Shown here: in pieces, positions 18,231 through 28,535 of the stretch | Numbering within the stretch: position 1 is the stretch's first letter | Layout: every line of letters starts with the position of its first letter | Assembly: GCA_963731265.1 (NCBI GenBank) | Contig: CAVSUE010000001.1 | Location: 704,001 to 768,000 of the forward strand | Direction of reading: 5' to 3' | DNA length: 64,000 nt | DNA from: an uncultured Verrucomicrobiae bacterium | Lineage (GTDB): Bacteria; Chlamydiota; Chlamydiia; Chlamydiales; Rhabdochlamydiaceae | The notes under the pieces: model-generated | What the model was told of the DNA's origin: nothing | Database searches by the model: none | Seen by the model: only the letters and a program-made list of their open reading frames with translations | Made by a program: the position numbers and the translations under genes

Positions 18231-20621
18231 TTTGATCCTTCGAGTGGGAAGATTGTTTTGTTTGGAGGCTCCAATAATGGTAGCAGTCTTGGTGACACTT
18301 GGATATTTGATGTGAAAAATAATTCGTGGTCACAATTAACCCCAACGAGTTCTCCATCTCCAAGAGAAGCAGCGATGATGGTCTTTGATGAAAGCTCTGG
18401 ATTGATCATTTTGTTTGGAGGGTCCAATAATGGTACCAGCCTTAATGACACCTGGTCATTTGATATCCTAGCCAATATGTGGACCGAATTAACCCCTCCT
18501 TCTTCACCTTCTGCTCGGTACGGCGGTTCCATGAGCTTTGCTCCCTCCAACGGACAGTTGATTCTATTTGGAGGCTATAATGGGACTACTTATTTTAATG
18601 ATACTTGGGCATTCAACGCTCATGATAATGCCAATACCTGGACAAACTTGACTCCATCCGATCCACCTTCTTCTCGTTTAGGCGCTTGCATGGCCTTTAA
18701 TCCGTGCAGCGGTCAAATGATTCTATTTGGAGGAAACGGACTGAATGGATCGCTTAACGATACTTGGGCTTTCAACGCCAATGACAATGCTAATACGTGG
18801 ACAAAATTAAATCCCCCTACTTCTCCTGCAGCGAGATACAATGCTACCATGGCGTTTAATTCCTCCAATGGTCTAATGATTTTATTTGGCGGCAGCGGCA
18901 ATGGCGGTTTATTAAATGACACGTGGGAATTCGATGCAAAAGACAATGCCAATACATGGATCGAAATGACCCTTTCTAACCCTCCGCCAGCAAGATATGG
19001 TGCTGGAATGAGCTTTAACGACTCAAGTGGCCAAATCATTTTATTCGGAGGATCAGGCAATAGTGGTGATCTTAACGATACTTGGTCGCTTGGAATCCCT
19101 TCCAATGCAGTGTTATTTTGGACGAATATGAATCCCTCATCTTCTCCTCCCACTCGATTTTCCCCCGCTTTTGCCTTTGATCCTTGCAGTGGTAAAATCA
19201 TCATGTTTGGGGGTATCAATTATTCTGGGGGGACTTATTTTAACGATACGTGGGCATATGACGTTGTAAACAACGCATGGACGGAATTGATTCCTCCTAT
19301 GCCTCTTCCTTCTGCCCGAGATTCGGCCCGCATGCAATTTGATCCTTCTAGTGGTCAAATCATTTTGTTTTCTGGTCATGGAGCTGGGGGGTATCTGGAT
19401 GACACATGGGCCTATGACTCCACAAACAATACATGGACCGAAGTGACCCCTACTCTATCACCTTCAGCCAGAAATGGAGGTGCGATGGCTTATGATCCAT
19501 CCAGCGGACGTCTCATTTTATTTGGGGGATATGATGGAACCAACGACTTAGCTGACATGTGGGGATATGATTCAAGTGCCATTACATGGACTCAAATCAC
19601 CCCCATTAATTCCCCTTCAGCCAGAGATACAACGGCCATGGCTTTTGATCCTGCCAGCGGACAGATCATTCTATTTGGCGGCTACATTCGTACGAGTGGG
19701 CAGCTTCTCAACGACACATGGGGATGTGTTTATGATCACACAGCCAATACTTATACTTGGACAAACTTGAATCCATCAAATCCACCTTCTCCCCGATATG
19801 GCGTCTATGCATTCAAATTTGATCCTGCGAGTGGTCAAATCATATTATTCGGTGGAGGGGATATAATTAGCACATTTAACGACACATGGGCCTATGAAGG
19901 ATCAGCAAACACCTGGACTCAATTATCCCCGATAGATCCTCCTGTAGCCCGGGAATTTGCTGGCTTTGATTTTAATCCTGTTAGTGGTCAAATGATTTTG
20001 TTTGGGGGCGTTAATCTTCCCTCACAGTTTGTTTTTGATGATACTCAAGCATTGGGATTCGGTCTTTCTCCACAAATTACTTCAGCAAATGAAGTCACAT
20101 TTGAAGTCGGGATATTTTCTAGTTTTACGGTCACAACAATCGGCTTCCCCACTCCAGCGATCACTGAAAGCGGAACACTTCCTCCTGGGTTCACTTTTGT
20201 AGATAATGGGAATGGAACAGCGACTCTATCAGGGACTCCTACCTCTGACTCAATTGGAGTCGATGAGTTGACTTTCACGGCATTTAATGTGCTTTTACCC
20301 AATGCCATCCAACCTTTTACACTTCTGATCGAGCTGCCACTTGCTCCTTCCAATTTTATTGGTGTGATTAAGAAGAACAAATTTTTAAATAAAACAGAAT
20401 ATGTTCTTACAGCACAATGGGATCCTAGCCCTTCTCCTGATATTGTTTATTATTTGATCTATAAAAATGGGAGTGTAGTTGATGAAATCTCAACAGGCGA
20501 ATCATTAATTTTTAAAACTTGTGTTAATTCCAAGAATTCCAAAAGCAATTACCAAATTGTGGCTATTAATTCTGCAGGAGCGGCGAGTGAACCGGTTTCT
20601 ATAAGGATTCTGCAACAGTAA
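18078..20621 (+). CDS. Secreted double kelch beta-propeller protein with Ig-like and FN3-like C-terminal domains (paralog 1)
   Basis: Signal peptide; 12 repeats of PSxR...FDP.SG.ILFGG...NDTW; GTLPPGFTFVDNGNGTATLSGTP (He_PIG-like); WDPSPSPDIVYYLIYKNG. Confidence 0.85.
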   Translation: MLRINKNICIKTFLVFCILFATHISANTLPFNWTDLNSLTPPSPRQFHSQTFDPSSGKIVLFGGSNNGSSLGDTWIFDVKNNSWSQLTPTSSPSPREAAMMVFDESSGLIILFGGSNNGTSLNDTWSFDILANMWTELTPPSSPSARYGGSMSFAPSNGQLILFGGYNGTTYFNDTWAFNAHDNANTWTNLTPSDPPSSRLGACMAFNPCSGQMILFGGNGLNGSLNDTWAFNANDNANTWTKLNPPTSPAARYNATMAFNSSNGLMILFGGSGNGGLLNDTWEFDAKDNANTWIEMTLSNPPPARYGAGMSFNDSSGQIILFGGSGNSGDLNDTWSLGIPSNAVLFWTNMNPSSSPPTRFSPAFAFDPCSGKIIMFGGINYSGGTYFNDTWAYDVVNNAWTELIPPMPLPSARDSARMQFDPSSGQIILFSGHGAGGYLDDTWAYDSTNNTWTEVTPTLSPSARNGGAMAYDPSSGRLILFGGYDGTNDLADMWGYDSSAITWTQITPINSPSARDTTAMAFDPASGQIILFGGYIRTSGQLLNDTWGCVYDHTANTYTWTNLNPSNPPSPRYGVYAFKFDPASGQIILFGGGDIISTFNDTWAYEGSANTWTQLSPIDPPVAREFAGFDFNPVSGQMILFGGVNLPSQFVFDDTQALGFGLSPQITSANEVTFEVGIFSSFTVTTIGFPTPAITESGTLPPGFTFVDNGNGTATLSGTPTSDSIGVDELTFTAFNVLLPNAIQPFTLLIELPLAPSNFIGVIKKNKFLNKTEYVLTAQWDPSPSPDIVYYLIYKNGSVVDEISTGESLIFKTCVNSKNSKSNYQIVAINSAGAASEPVSIRILQQ

Positions 20622-20659
20622 AACTGGGCTTTGCCCATTCCCTAATTTTGAGAGGACTT

Positions 20660-23188
20660 ATGTTGTTTTTAAAAGAAAAGTTGATGAAGTTGTTTTTTGC
20701 TATCTGTATTCTTTTTACCAATCTAGCGCTCGCAAACACCCTTCCATTTAATTGGACAGATTTAAATTCTTTAACCCCTCCTTCCCCAAGGCAATTTCAT
20801 TCTCAGACTTTTGATCCTTCGAGTGGCAAAATCGTTTTGTTTGGAGGCTCCAATAATGGTAGCAGTCTTGGTGACACTTGGATATTTGATGTGACAAGTA
20901 ATTCGTGGTCCCAATTAACCCCGACTAGTTCTCCATCTCCCAGAGAAGCAGCGATGATGGTCTTTGATCAAAGCTCTGGATTGATCATTTTGTTTGGAGG
21001 CTCCAATAATGGTACCAGCCTTAATGACACTTGGTCATTTGATATCTTAGCCAATACGTGGACCCAATTAACTCCAACTTCTTCACCCTCGGCACGGTTC
21101 GGCGGTTCTATGAGCTTCGATCCCTCCAACGGACAGTTGATTCTATTTGGAGGCTATAATGGGACTACTTATTTTAATGATACTTGGGTATTCAACGCTC
21201 ATAACAATGCCAATACCTGGACAAACTTGACTCCCTCGAACCCACCTTCTGCTCGCTCCGGCGCTTGCATGGCCTTTAATCCGTGCAGTGGCCAAATGAT
21301 TCTATTTGGAGGAAACGGATTGAATGGATTGCTTAATGACACTTGGGCTTTTAACGGCAATGACAATATTAATACCTGGACACAAATAAATCCCCCTACT
21401 TCTCCAGTCCCGAGATACAATGCTACCTTAGCGTTTAATTCCTCGAATGGTCTAATGATTTTATTTGGCGGGAGTGGCAATCAGGGTTTGTTAAATGACA
21501 CCTGGGAATTCAATGCAAAAGACAACGGCAATAGATGGATCGAAATGACCCTTTCTAACCCTCCGCCAGCCCGGTATGGTGCTGCAATGAGCTTTGACTA
21601 CTCCAGTGGTCAGATCATTTTATTTGGAGGATCAGGGAGTGGCGGGGATCTTAACGACACATGGGCATTCGGAATCCCTTCTAACGCAGTGTTATTTTGG
21701 ACGAATATGAATCCCTCGTCTTCTCCTTCAGCTCGGTACTCTCCCGGTTTTGCCTTTGATCCTTGCAGCGGTAAAATCATCATGTTTGGCGGTATCACTC
21801 ATTCGGGGGGGACCTATTTAGCCGATACATGGGCGTACGACGTTGTAAACAACACATGGACGCAATTGAATCCTACAACGGCGCCTTCTGCCCGAAATTC
21901 GGCCCGCATGGAATTTGATCCTTCTAGTGGTAAAATCATTTTGTTTTCTGGTCATGGATCTGGGGGGTATATTAACGATACATGGACCTATGACTCCACA
22001 AGTAATACATGGACGAATGTGAGTCCGAGTACTTCACCTGGGGCCAGAAATGGAGCTTCGATGGCCTTCGATCCGTGCAGTGGCCGGATGATTTTATTTG
22101 GCGGATATTCGAACAGTGGTGACTACGATGACACATGGGCATTTGATTCTACTGGCAATACATGGACTCAATTAACCACTATCGGTTCACCCCCAGCCAG
22201 AGATTCCGCGTTCATGACTTTTGATCCTACAACCGGACAGATCATTCTGTTTGGCGGCTACAGTAATAATACCGGCGGACAACTTCTCCATGACACGTGG
22301 GGGTGCGCTTATAATCAGGCAACCAATACCTACACTTGGACAAACTTGTCGCCTCCTACGGCACCTTCTGGCCGATATGGCTATGCATTCAAATTTAATC
22401 CTGCGAGCGGTCAAGTCATATTATTCGGTGGAGGGTATCTAAGCGGCACATCTAACGACACATGGGCCTATGACGGGAAAGCAAATACATGGACTCAATT
22501 ATACCCGATAGACCCCCCTTTAGCCCGTGAATTTGGTGCCTTTGATTTCAATCCTATCAGTGGTCAAATGATTTTGTTTGGGGGGGTTAGTCTTCCCTCA
22601 CAGACGGTTTATGATGATACTCAAGCATTAGGATTTGGTCTTTCTCCACAAATTACTTCAGCAAATCAAGCCCCATTTGAAGTTGGGGAATTTTCTAGTT
22701 TTACGATCACAACAATCGGCTTCCCCACGCCAGCGATTACTGAAAGCGGAACACTTCCTTCTGGGTTCACCTTTGTAGATAATGGGAATGGAACAGCGAC
22801 CCTATCGGGGACCCCCTCCTCGAGCTCAATTGGAGTCGATGATTTGACTTTTATGGCAACGAATGGACTTTTACCCAATGCCATGCAATCCCTTTCTGTT
22901 GTGATTGGGCTGCCGCTTCCTCCATCCAATTTTAATGGTGTCATTAAGAGTAACAAATTTTTAAATACAACAGAATATATTCTTACAGCAAAGTGGGATC
23001 CTAGCCCTTCTCCTGATATTGTTTATTATTTGATCTATAAAAACGGGAATGTAGTTGATACAATCCCAGCAGGGGGATCATTAGTTTTTAAAACTTCTGT
23101 TAATTCCAAGAATTCTAAAAGCAATTACCAAATTGTGGCTATAAGTTCTGCGGGAGTGGCGAGTGAGCCTGTTTCAATTAATTATTGA
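20660..23188 (+). CDS. Secreted double kelch beta-propeller protein (paralog 2)
   Basis: Same architecture as 18078..20621; near-identical first propeller. Confidence 0.85.
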   Translation: MLFLKEKLMKLFFAICILFTNLALANTLPFNWTDLNSLTPPSPRQFHSQTFDPSSGKIVLFGGSNNGSSLGDTWIFDVTSNSWSQLTPTSSPSPREAAMMVFDQSSGLIILFGGSNNGTSLNDTWSFDILANTWTQLTPTSSPSARFGGSMSFDPSNGQLILFGGYNGTTYFNDTWVFNAHNNANTWTNLTPSNPPSARSGACMAFNPCSGQMILFGGNGLNGLLNDTWAFNGNDNINTWTQINPPTSPVPRYNATLAFNSSNGLMILFGGSGNQGLLNDTWEFNAKDNGNRWIEMTLSNPPPARYGAAMSFDYSSGQIILFGGSGSGGDLNDTWAFGIPSNAVLFWTNMNPSSSPSARYSPGFAFDPCSGKIIMFGGITHSGGTYLADTWAYDVVNNTWTQLNPTTAPSARNSARMEFDPSSGKIILFSGHGSGGYINDTWTYDSTSNTWTNVSPSTSPGARNGASMAFDPCSGRMILFGGYSNSGDYDDTWAFDSTGNTWTQLTTIGSPPARDSAFMTFDPTTGQIILFGGYSNNTGGQLLHDTWGCAYNQATNTYTWTNLSPPTAPSGRYGYAFKFNPASGQVILFGGGYLSGTSNDTWAYDGKANTWTQLYPIDPPLAREFGAFDFNPISGQMILFGGVSLPSQTVYDDTQALGFGLSPQITSANQAPFEVGEFSSFTITTIGFPTPAITESGTLPSGFTFVDNGNGTATLSGTPSSSSIGVDDLTFMATNGLLPNAMQSLSVVIGLPLPPSNFNGVIKSNKFLNTTEYILTAKWDPSPSPDIVYYLIYKNGNVVDTIPAGGSLVFKTSVNSKNSKSNYQIVAISSAGVASEPVSINY

Positions 23189-23299
23189 AACGCCATGCGT
23201 GATTTTTTTTGAAAGTAGCGCCCTGAGCGTGATTAAAAGCGGTAAATATACCGCTTCCACTTGAAAGGTATGAAAATTTCTGCTTCAGCATCTTCGCTT

Positions 23300-23328
23300 A
23301 AGGCCGTGGTTTTACCACGGCCTTTTTG
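23300..23328 (+). terminator. Rho-independent terminator after the kelch genes
   Basis: AAGGCCGTGG-tttta-CCACGGCCTT followed by TTTG. Confidence 0.75.
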
Positions 23329-23370
23329 TTAGTTTTCATTGAAATTTTCTATAACTTTCAAGTGGCTGAT

Positions 23371-23480
23371 TATTACCCCTCACTCAAAGAGGTGACAAAG
23401 AGCGCAGGCGAGGCACAGCCGATCGATCCGAACGAGGCCGCATCCACTCAGGGATGGATGCAGCTCATCTCGGAAGCGAA
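23371..23480. repeat. Truncated copy of the 24931-25095 palindromic element
   Basis: TATTACCCC..ACTCAAA.AGGTGACAAAGAGCGC.GG.GAGGCACAGCC..ATCGATCCGA.CGAGG matches the left arm at 24932-25000. Confidence 0.8.
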
Positions 23481-23534
23481 CTATCGTGAATAGCTCTTTT
23501 TTGCATGCTGGTGGCCCACAAATGGCCCACGGAA

Positions 23535-24905
23535 TCAGATCGACTTGTAGGCTTGAAGGGCTTCTTTTGCTGTCTTTTCGTGATTGGTCATCGGAGCTGG
23601 ATATTTTTTGCATCCAGCACGGCACTTTTCGTCATACCACGCATGAATAGCTTTGGGAGGGAAATCGCGAAGTTCAGGAATCCATTTTTTAACATAAGTA
23701 CATTCTGGATCGAATCTTTTCTGCTGGTTCCAAGGATTAAAAATGCGAAAATAAAGCTGGGCATCGCATCCAGTACTAGCTACCCATTGCCAATTCCCAT
23801 TGTTCACCGCAGGGTCGTAATCGATCAAAGTTTGAGCAAAGTATTTTTCTCCCCATCTCCAATCGATGTGTAAGTCTTTGATGAGAAATGAGGCTGCAAT
23901 CATTCGAATCCGATTATGCATAAAACCTGTTTCGTTCATCTCTCTCATTCCTGCATCTACAATGGGAAAACCGGTAGAACCTTCGCACCATCGCTCATAA
24001 GCTTTCCTCTCATTGGACCATTTAACCTTATCAAATTTGGGACGAAACGCACCCATAAAAACATGAGGAAAGAAAAATGCAATCGATGTAAAAAAGTCTC
24101 TCCAGTAAAGAGAGCGGACAAGCTCATGGTGCGCACTTAGATTCTGGCAGATTGCTCTGTAAACTTCACGAGGGGAGCAGACGGTGAATTTCAGATAGGG
24201 GGAGAGATGCGTAGAGTATTCTTCTGCTGGAAAATCTTTCATCATGTCATATTGGCCAAAAGAACCTAATTTTTTGAGAATTTTGAGGGCCTCCGACCTT
24301 CCTCCTATCAACCCATTCTCTACGCTTGGCTGGGGAAAGACCGATTTGTCTTTTGCAAAGGAGATCAATCCCCGGAAGTAGTTGGTTCCTTTGGTTTGCG
24401 CGGGAGTGAAAACTTTGAGTTTAGAAGCATTGCGAAAATAGGGTGTAAAAATCGTGTAAGGCTTCCCATCTTTTTTCAGAGTCTCTTCAGGTGGATGAAG
24501 GAGAGCATCATCCAAAGAATGAAATGGAATCTGGCCTGTTTTGCACACTTTTTCGAGCTTTTTGTCTCTTTCCCGACTATAGGGAGTGTAGTCCCGATTT
24601 ACGATCAAAGCCTCGATATTGAGTTCGCTCATACATCTACTGACAACTTCTTCGGGCCTTCCCTTAAAAAGAAAGAGCTTACCCCTTTTTTTCTTCAGCT
24701 GGTTTTCGAGGTCTTCGAGAGATTCAATCATAAATTTCAGGCAATGATCGCTTCTAAAGGGGTTTCTCTCGATTTGTTCTGGTGTGAAAATGAAGGCGGG
24801 AATGACAACTTCCGAAGACTTTAACGCAAAAATGAGCCCCGTATTATCCTCAAGCCGTAAATCGCGCCTGAATAAAAAGAGGGATTTTCGAAACTTCTTC
24901 TCCAT
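23535..24905 (-). CDS. phrB: Deoxyribodipyrimidine photolyase (cryptochrome/photolyase family)
   Basis: FRRDLRLEDN, LSPYL, TGFPIVDAGMR, GFMHNRIRM, DYDPAVNNGNWQW, RIFNP. Confidence 0.93.
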   Translation of the reverse strand: MEKKFRKSLFLFRRDLRLEDNTGLIFALKSSEVVIPAFIFTPEQIERNPFRSDHCLKFMIESLEDLENQLKKKRGKLFLFKGRPEEVVSRCMSELNIEALIVNRDYTPYSRERDKKLEKVCKTGQIPFHSLDDALLHPPEETLKKDGKPYTIFTPYFRNASKLKVFTPAQTKGTNYFRGLISFAKDKSVFPQPSVENGLIGGRSEALKILKKLGSFGQYDMMKDFPAEEYSTHLSPYLKFTVCSPREVYRAICQNLSAHHELVRSLYWRDFFTSIAFFFPHVFMGAFRPKFDKVKWSNERKAYERWCEGSTGFPIVDAGMREMNETGFMHNRIRMIAASFLIKDLHIDWRWGEKYFAQTLIDYDPAVNNGNWQWVASTGCDAQLYFRIFNPWNQQKRFDPECTYVKKWIPELRDFPPKAIHAWYDEKCRAGCKKYPAPMTNHEKTAKEALQAYKSI

Positions 24906-24930
24906 TTTTAACCCTACCGATTGGCTCCAG

Positions 24931-25095
24931 TTATTACCCCACTACTCAAATAGGTGACAAAGAGCGCTGGTGAGGCACAGCCAAATCGATCCGAGCGAGG
25001 AATAACATTCTTGAATACGAAGGATTCCTCGCTCGGATCGATTTGGCAAAGCCGCAGCAAGCTATTTGTCCGCTATTTGAGTAGTGGGGTAATAA
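24931..25095. repeat. Palindromic MITE/RPE-like element
   Basis: Perfect 23-bp terminal IR TTATTACCCCACTACTCAAATAG; inner IR GCCAAATCGATCCGAGCGAGGAAT. Confidence 0.85.
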
Positions 25096-25254
25096 GTAAG
25101 ATTTTCATCTTATCTATAAGCTAAATAGTCCACAAGCAATCTTCAAAATTGCCGTAGATCTTTCTGAATTGCAACTATTAAGTGAGGAAACAGTCACTAT
25201 CATTCGCTTAAAATTAATTCTATTTTCTAAATGTGTTGGCTACTTGTATTCGTT

Positions 25255-25418
25255 ATGAGACTATCCCACTATTCAAAATATTTGCTTTTCGTGTCTTTAT
25301 TGCCATATTTTGAAACCGCTTCTTGGTCTACATCTTCAAGTATGTCCTGCCAAGCGGTTTCAAAATCTGACAAAAAATCCAACAAAAATCAAATGTTTGA
25401 ATAGTGGGATAGTCTCAT
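25255..25418. repeat. Palindromic MITE/RPE-like element
   Basis: Perfect 23-bp terminal IR ATGAGACTATCCCACTATTCAAA; inner IR ATTTTGAAACCGCTT. Confidence 0.85.
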
Positions 25419-25565
25419 GGAAAGAGATTTTTTGCAGCATCAGATGGACAAATTAGTCATGGCCGAGATTCAATCGTCTTCTTTTGCTCATTTTTATGAA
25501 AAAAACAGAAGAAATTTTTTAGAATAAAGACGTAAATTCGGCAAAAGTAGATTATCAAAACCTGA

Positions 25566-27377
25566 ATGAACGGTAGAATGCAGAAAAACGATTCTAATCC
25601 CTCCTTAGAGGATCATCTAAAAGCGCTTTTTGGATACAACGATTTTCGAGACTCTCAGAAAGAGATCGTGACTGCCGTTTTGGATCACAAAGATGTCGTG
25701 GCAATTTTGCCCACAGGGGCTGGAAAATCAATTTGTTATCAGTTGCCCGCGATGCTGTTGCCGGGAATTGCTGTTGTGATCTCGCCTTTGATTTCGCTGA
25801 TGCAAGATCAAGTCGTTGGTTTATACAAAAACGGACTACCAGCGGCCTTTCTCAACAGTAGCCTGCATTCCGATGAAATCCGCGCTTTGTTGAATAACCT
25901 CGGCAATTTTAAGTTATTGTATATCGCTCCCGAAAGGCTTTCCGATAAAAATTTTATCCTGCATCTCCAAAAGATACCGGTTTCATTATTTGCCATTGAC
26001 GAGGCCCATTGTATTTCTCAATGGGGACATTCTTTCCGACTTGAGTATCGACAGCTAGCCTTCTTAAAGACGAGGTTCCCCGGCTCTTCTATAGTGGCGT
26101 TAACTGCTACGGCAACCAAGGATGTGGAAAAAGATATCATTACACAACTCGGCATGAAAGAGCCTCATGTGATCAGGGCAAGCTTTGATAGACCTAATTT
26201 AACCTTCCATATTGAACCCAAGACGACTCCTAAGAGTCAGTTACGAGATTTTCTAAACAAGCATAGAGGAAAATCAGGCATTATCTATGCTGCAACGCGC
26301 AAAGGGGTGGATGAGACTTATGCTAACTTGATACAGGCGGGGTTTAAACCAGGAAAGTATCATGCAGGCTTGTCAGATCAGGAACGGACAAAAGCGCAGC
26401 ACGAATTTATCCATGGAGAATGCCTTCTTATGGTGGCAACGGTGGCCTTCGGCATGGGAATTCATAAACCGGACATTCGCTTTGTCGTCCATATGGATAT
26501 GCCCCGTTCCATAGAACAGTATTATCAGGAAGTGGGCCGTGCGGGCAGAGATGGTCTTCCCTCCGAGTGTTTGATGCTCTACTCAGCTCAGGAACTGATG
26601 GTTTATAAGGTCTTTTTGAATCAGATTTCCGATGAGGCCGTTCGCCGAACTACGCAGACAAAGACAGAGCAGATGCTAGCGCTTTGCAGGTCTGCCCAGT
26701 GCCGACGCCATGGACTTCTCCGTTATTTTGGAGAAACTTATCCAAGCAGCAGTTGCAACAGCTGCGATCGCTGTCTAGATGGTTCGGAGCTTGATGAGAC
26801 GATTGTAGCACAACAGATTCTCTCGTGCGTTTATCGTCTTAAGCACCAATTTGGCGTCAGGCATGTCATCGACGTTCTGCGAGGAGCCAAAACGAAGATG
26901 ATCTTTGATAGGGGACACGACCGGCTTTCCACCTACAATTTGATGGCTAAGTATTCCGAGGATGATATTCGATATTACATCTCAACTCTGATTGAAAAAG
27001 GCTTTTTGGAGCGCTCCGAAGGGGAGTACCCCGTTTTGCGATGGACAGCAGCTTCGTCCAGTGTGACGAGCGGTTCGCAGATAGTGATGATGCGAAAGAG
27101 AGTCGACAAAGTGGTGAAGCCCAAGAAAGGCAGCGATCTCCAATGCGATCTGGTTTTATTCACTGAACTTTCCCGGCTGCGTCAAAAATTTGCACAGGAA
27201 ATGCGGGTACCTGCTTTTGTTATTTTCGGAGATCGGTCACTCATCGAGATGGCGAGGGTCTATCCCACAAATCGGGAAGCGATGCTAAAGATCAATGGAG
27301 TTGGTCCCGTCAAATGGGAAAGATACGGACAGGCCTTTCTCAATGTCATTCTCCAACACTGTGGCAAGGGCACTTGA
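25566..27377 (+). CDS. recQ: ATP-dependent DNA helicase RecQ
   Basis: PTGAGKSICYQLP, DEAHCISQWGH, TVAFGMGI, YYQEVGRAGRDG, RQC Cys cluster, HRDC domain. Confidence 0.97.
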   Translation: MNGRMQKNDSNPSLEDHLKALFGYNDFRDSQKEIVTAVLDHKDVVAILPTGAGKSICYQLPAMLLPGIAVVISPLISLMQDQVVGLYKNGLPAAFLNSSLHSDEIRALLNNLGNFKLLYIAPERLSDKNFILHLQKIPVSLFAIDEAHCISQWGHSFRLEYRQLAFLKTRFPGSSIVALTATATKDVEKDIITQLGMKEPHVIRASFDRPNLTFHIEPKTTPKSQLRDFLNKHRGKSGIIYAATRKGVDETYANLIQAGFKPGKYHAGLSDQERTKAQHEFIHGECLLMVATVAFGMGIHKPDIRFVVHMDMPRSIEQYYQEVGRAGRDGLPSECLMLYSAQELMVYKVFLNQISDEAVRRTTQTKTEQMLALCRSAQCRRHGLLRYFGETYPSSSCNSCDRCLDGSELDETIVAQQILSCVYRLKHQFGVRHVIDVLRGAKTKMIFDRGHDRLSTYNLMAKYSEDDIRYYISTLIEKGFLERSEGEYPVLRWTAASSSVTSGSQIVMMRKRVDKVVKPKKGSDLQCDLVLFTELSRLRQKFAQEMRVPAFVIFGDRSLIEMARVYPTNREAMLKINGVGPVKWERYGQAFLNVILQHCGKGT

Positions 27378-27563
27378 AAGGGGGCCAGCTCAATAATTAG
27401 ACGCGATCGATACTTACGCCCATAACCATAGTAATGTTAAAGCTTTAAAGAGAACGGAAAGTTGTAGCTTGGTGTAAAAAGTTGAGACGTGTTGCACCAA
27501 ACTTTCTAACTGGATTTACTAGAAGGTTTGTGATAATTTTTTTGGTACATTTCGGAGAAGCAA

Positions 27564-28109
27564 ATGGATTCGATTGGATATTACGATAAAAACTCAAAAA
27601 ATTTCTACTATAGAACCATTAATGCCGAGGTGCAAGATCTCTATCAGAAATTTCTCGAGCATGTTCCTGACCAAGGGCGGATTTTAGATGCAGGCTGTGG
27701 CGTAGGTCGAGATTCTAAATTTTTTCTGAGCAAGGGGTACGATTGACGGTTCTTTAGAGATGGTGAAATTGACTTCAAATCTTCTAGGAAAAGATGCCTT
27801 GCATATGCTTTTTTAGGATATGCATTTTTCCAGCGAATTTGATGCTGTTTGGGCTAATGCATCTCTACCGCCCGTTCCGTATTGAAAATCTAAGGGAAGT
27901 GCTTGAAGGTTTTCACAAGGCTCTTCTTCCTTCAAGAATCTTATATGCTTCTTTTAAATATGGAACTTCTAAGACTGACTGAAGATAGGATTTTTTTTGA
28001 CATGGACGAAGCTAGTATTGAGCATTACCTCAAAGGATTATTTGTTCCGTTGGAACTCCAAATGAAAGATATCTTAAATGGAAAGATCAAACAATGGGCT
28101 TTCCTTTGA
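27564..28109 (+). pseudogene. Class I SAM-dependent methyltransferase pseudogene
   Basis: ILDAGCGVGRD, then fragments in other frames (DGSLEMVK, FDAVWANASL, LYASFKYG) separated by stops and frameshifts. Confidence 0.8.
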
Positions 28110-28400
28110 GCCACGATGTTCAAAAAGCGTATGAGTAGCTCATAAAAACTACAGACAGCCTCCCTTTTTCGAAGAGAAGCAATAAAATAATTCAGGGGGA
28201 CTGGCGGTAGGGTCGTCGTGGGGGGAATTTGGATTTGTTGAAAGCCCGAGCCTTGCTTTGTTCTTTTGATTCTTTCCGAGCTTTTTTCTTTCTCGCTTGT
28301 ATTGCACCTTTTGCCATTGAGCACCTTATAATTAAATGTGGGCAATCAGGACCTGAAGCTGCGTTCGACATCCAATGGATTTCGTACTCGCTTCAGACCA

Positions 28401-28419
28401 TGCGACCAGCGGGTTATGA
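28401..28419 (-). repeat. Short tRNA(CAT) fragment, distal att remnant
   Basis: TGCGACCAGCGGGTTATGA is identical to 47899-47917 of the tRNA. Confidence 0.7.
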
Positions 28420-28535
28420 AGGCGGTAGTCTACCCTAAAACCCAATACCATCCAACCGCTATGAGTAAGAGGGTAAAGGAATTTATTGGATTTCGTTGGT
28501 GCAATAGGTCAATCGATGCACCGCTAATGCACCGT

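Noticed and set aside
18150..22640. Regularly spaced DNA repeats that could suggest a CRISPR array or DGR
   Set aside because: They are in-frame kelch coding repeats and paralog similarity. No cas or reverse transcriptase gene is present, and I saw no adenine-specific variation.
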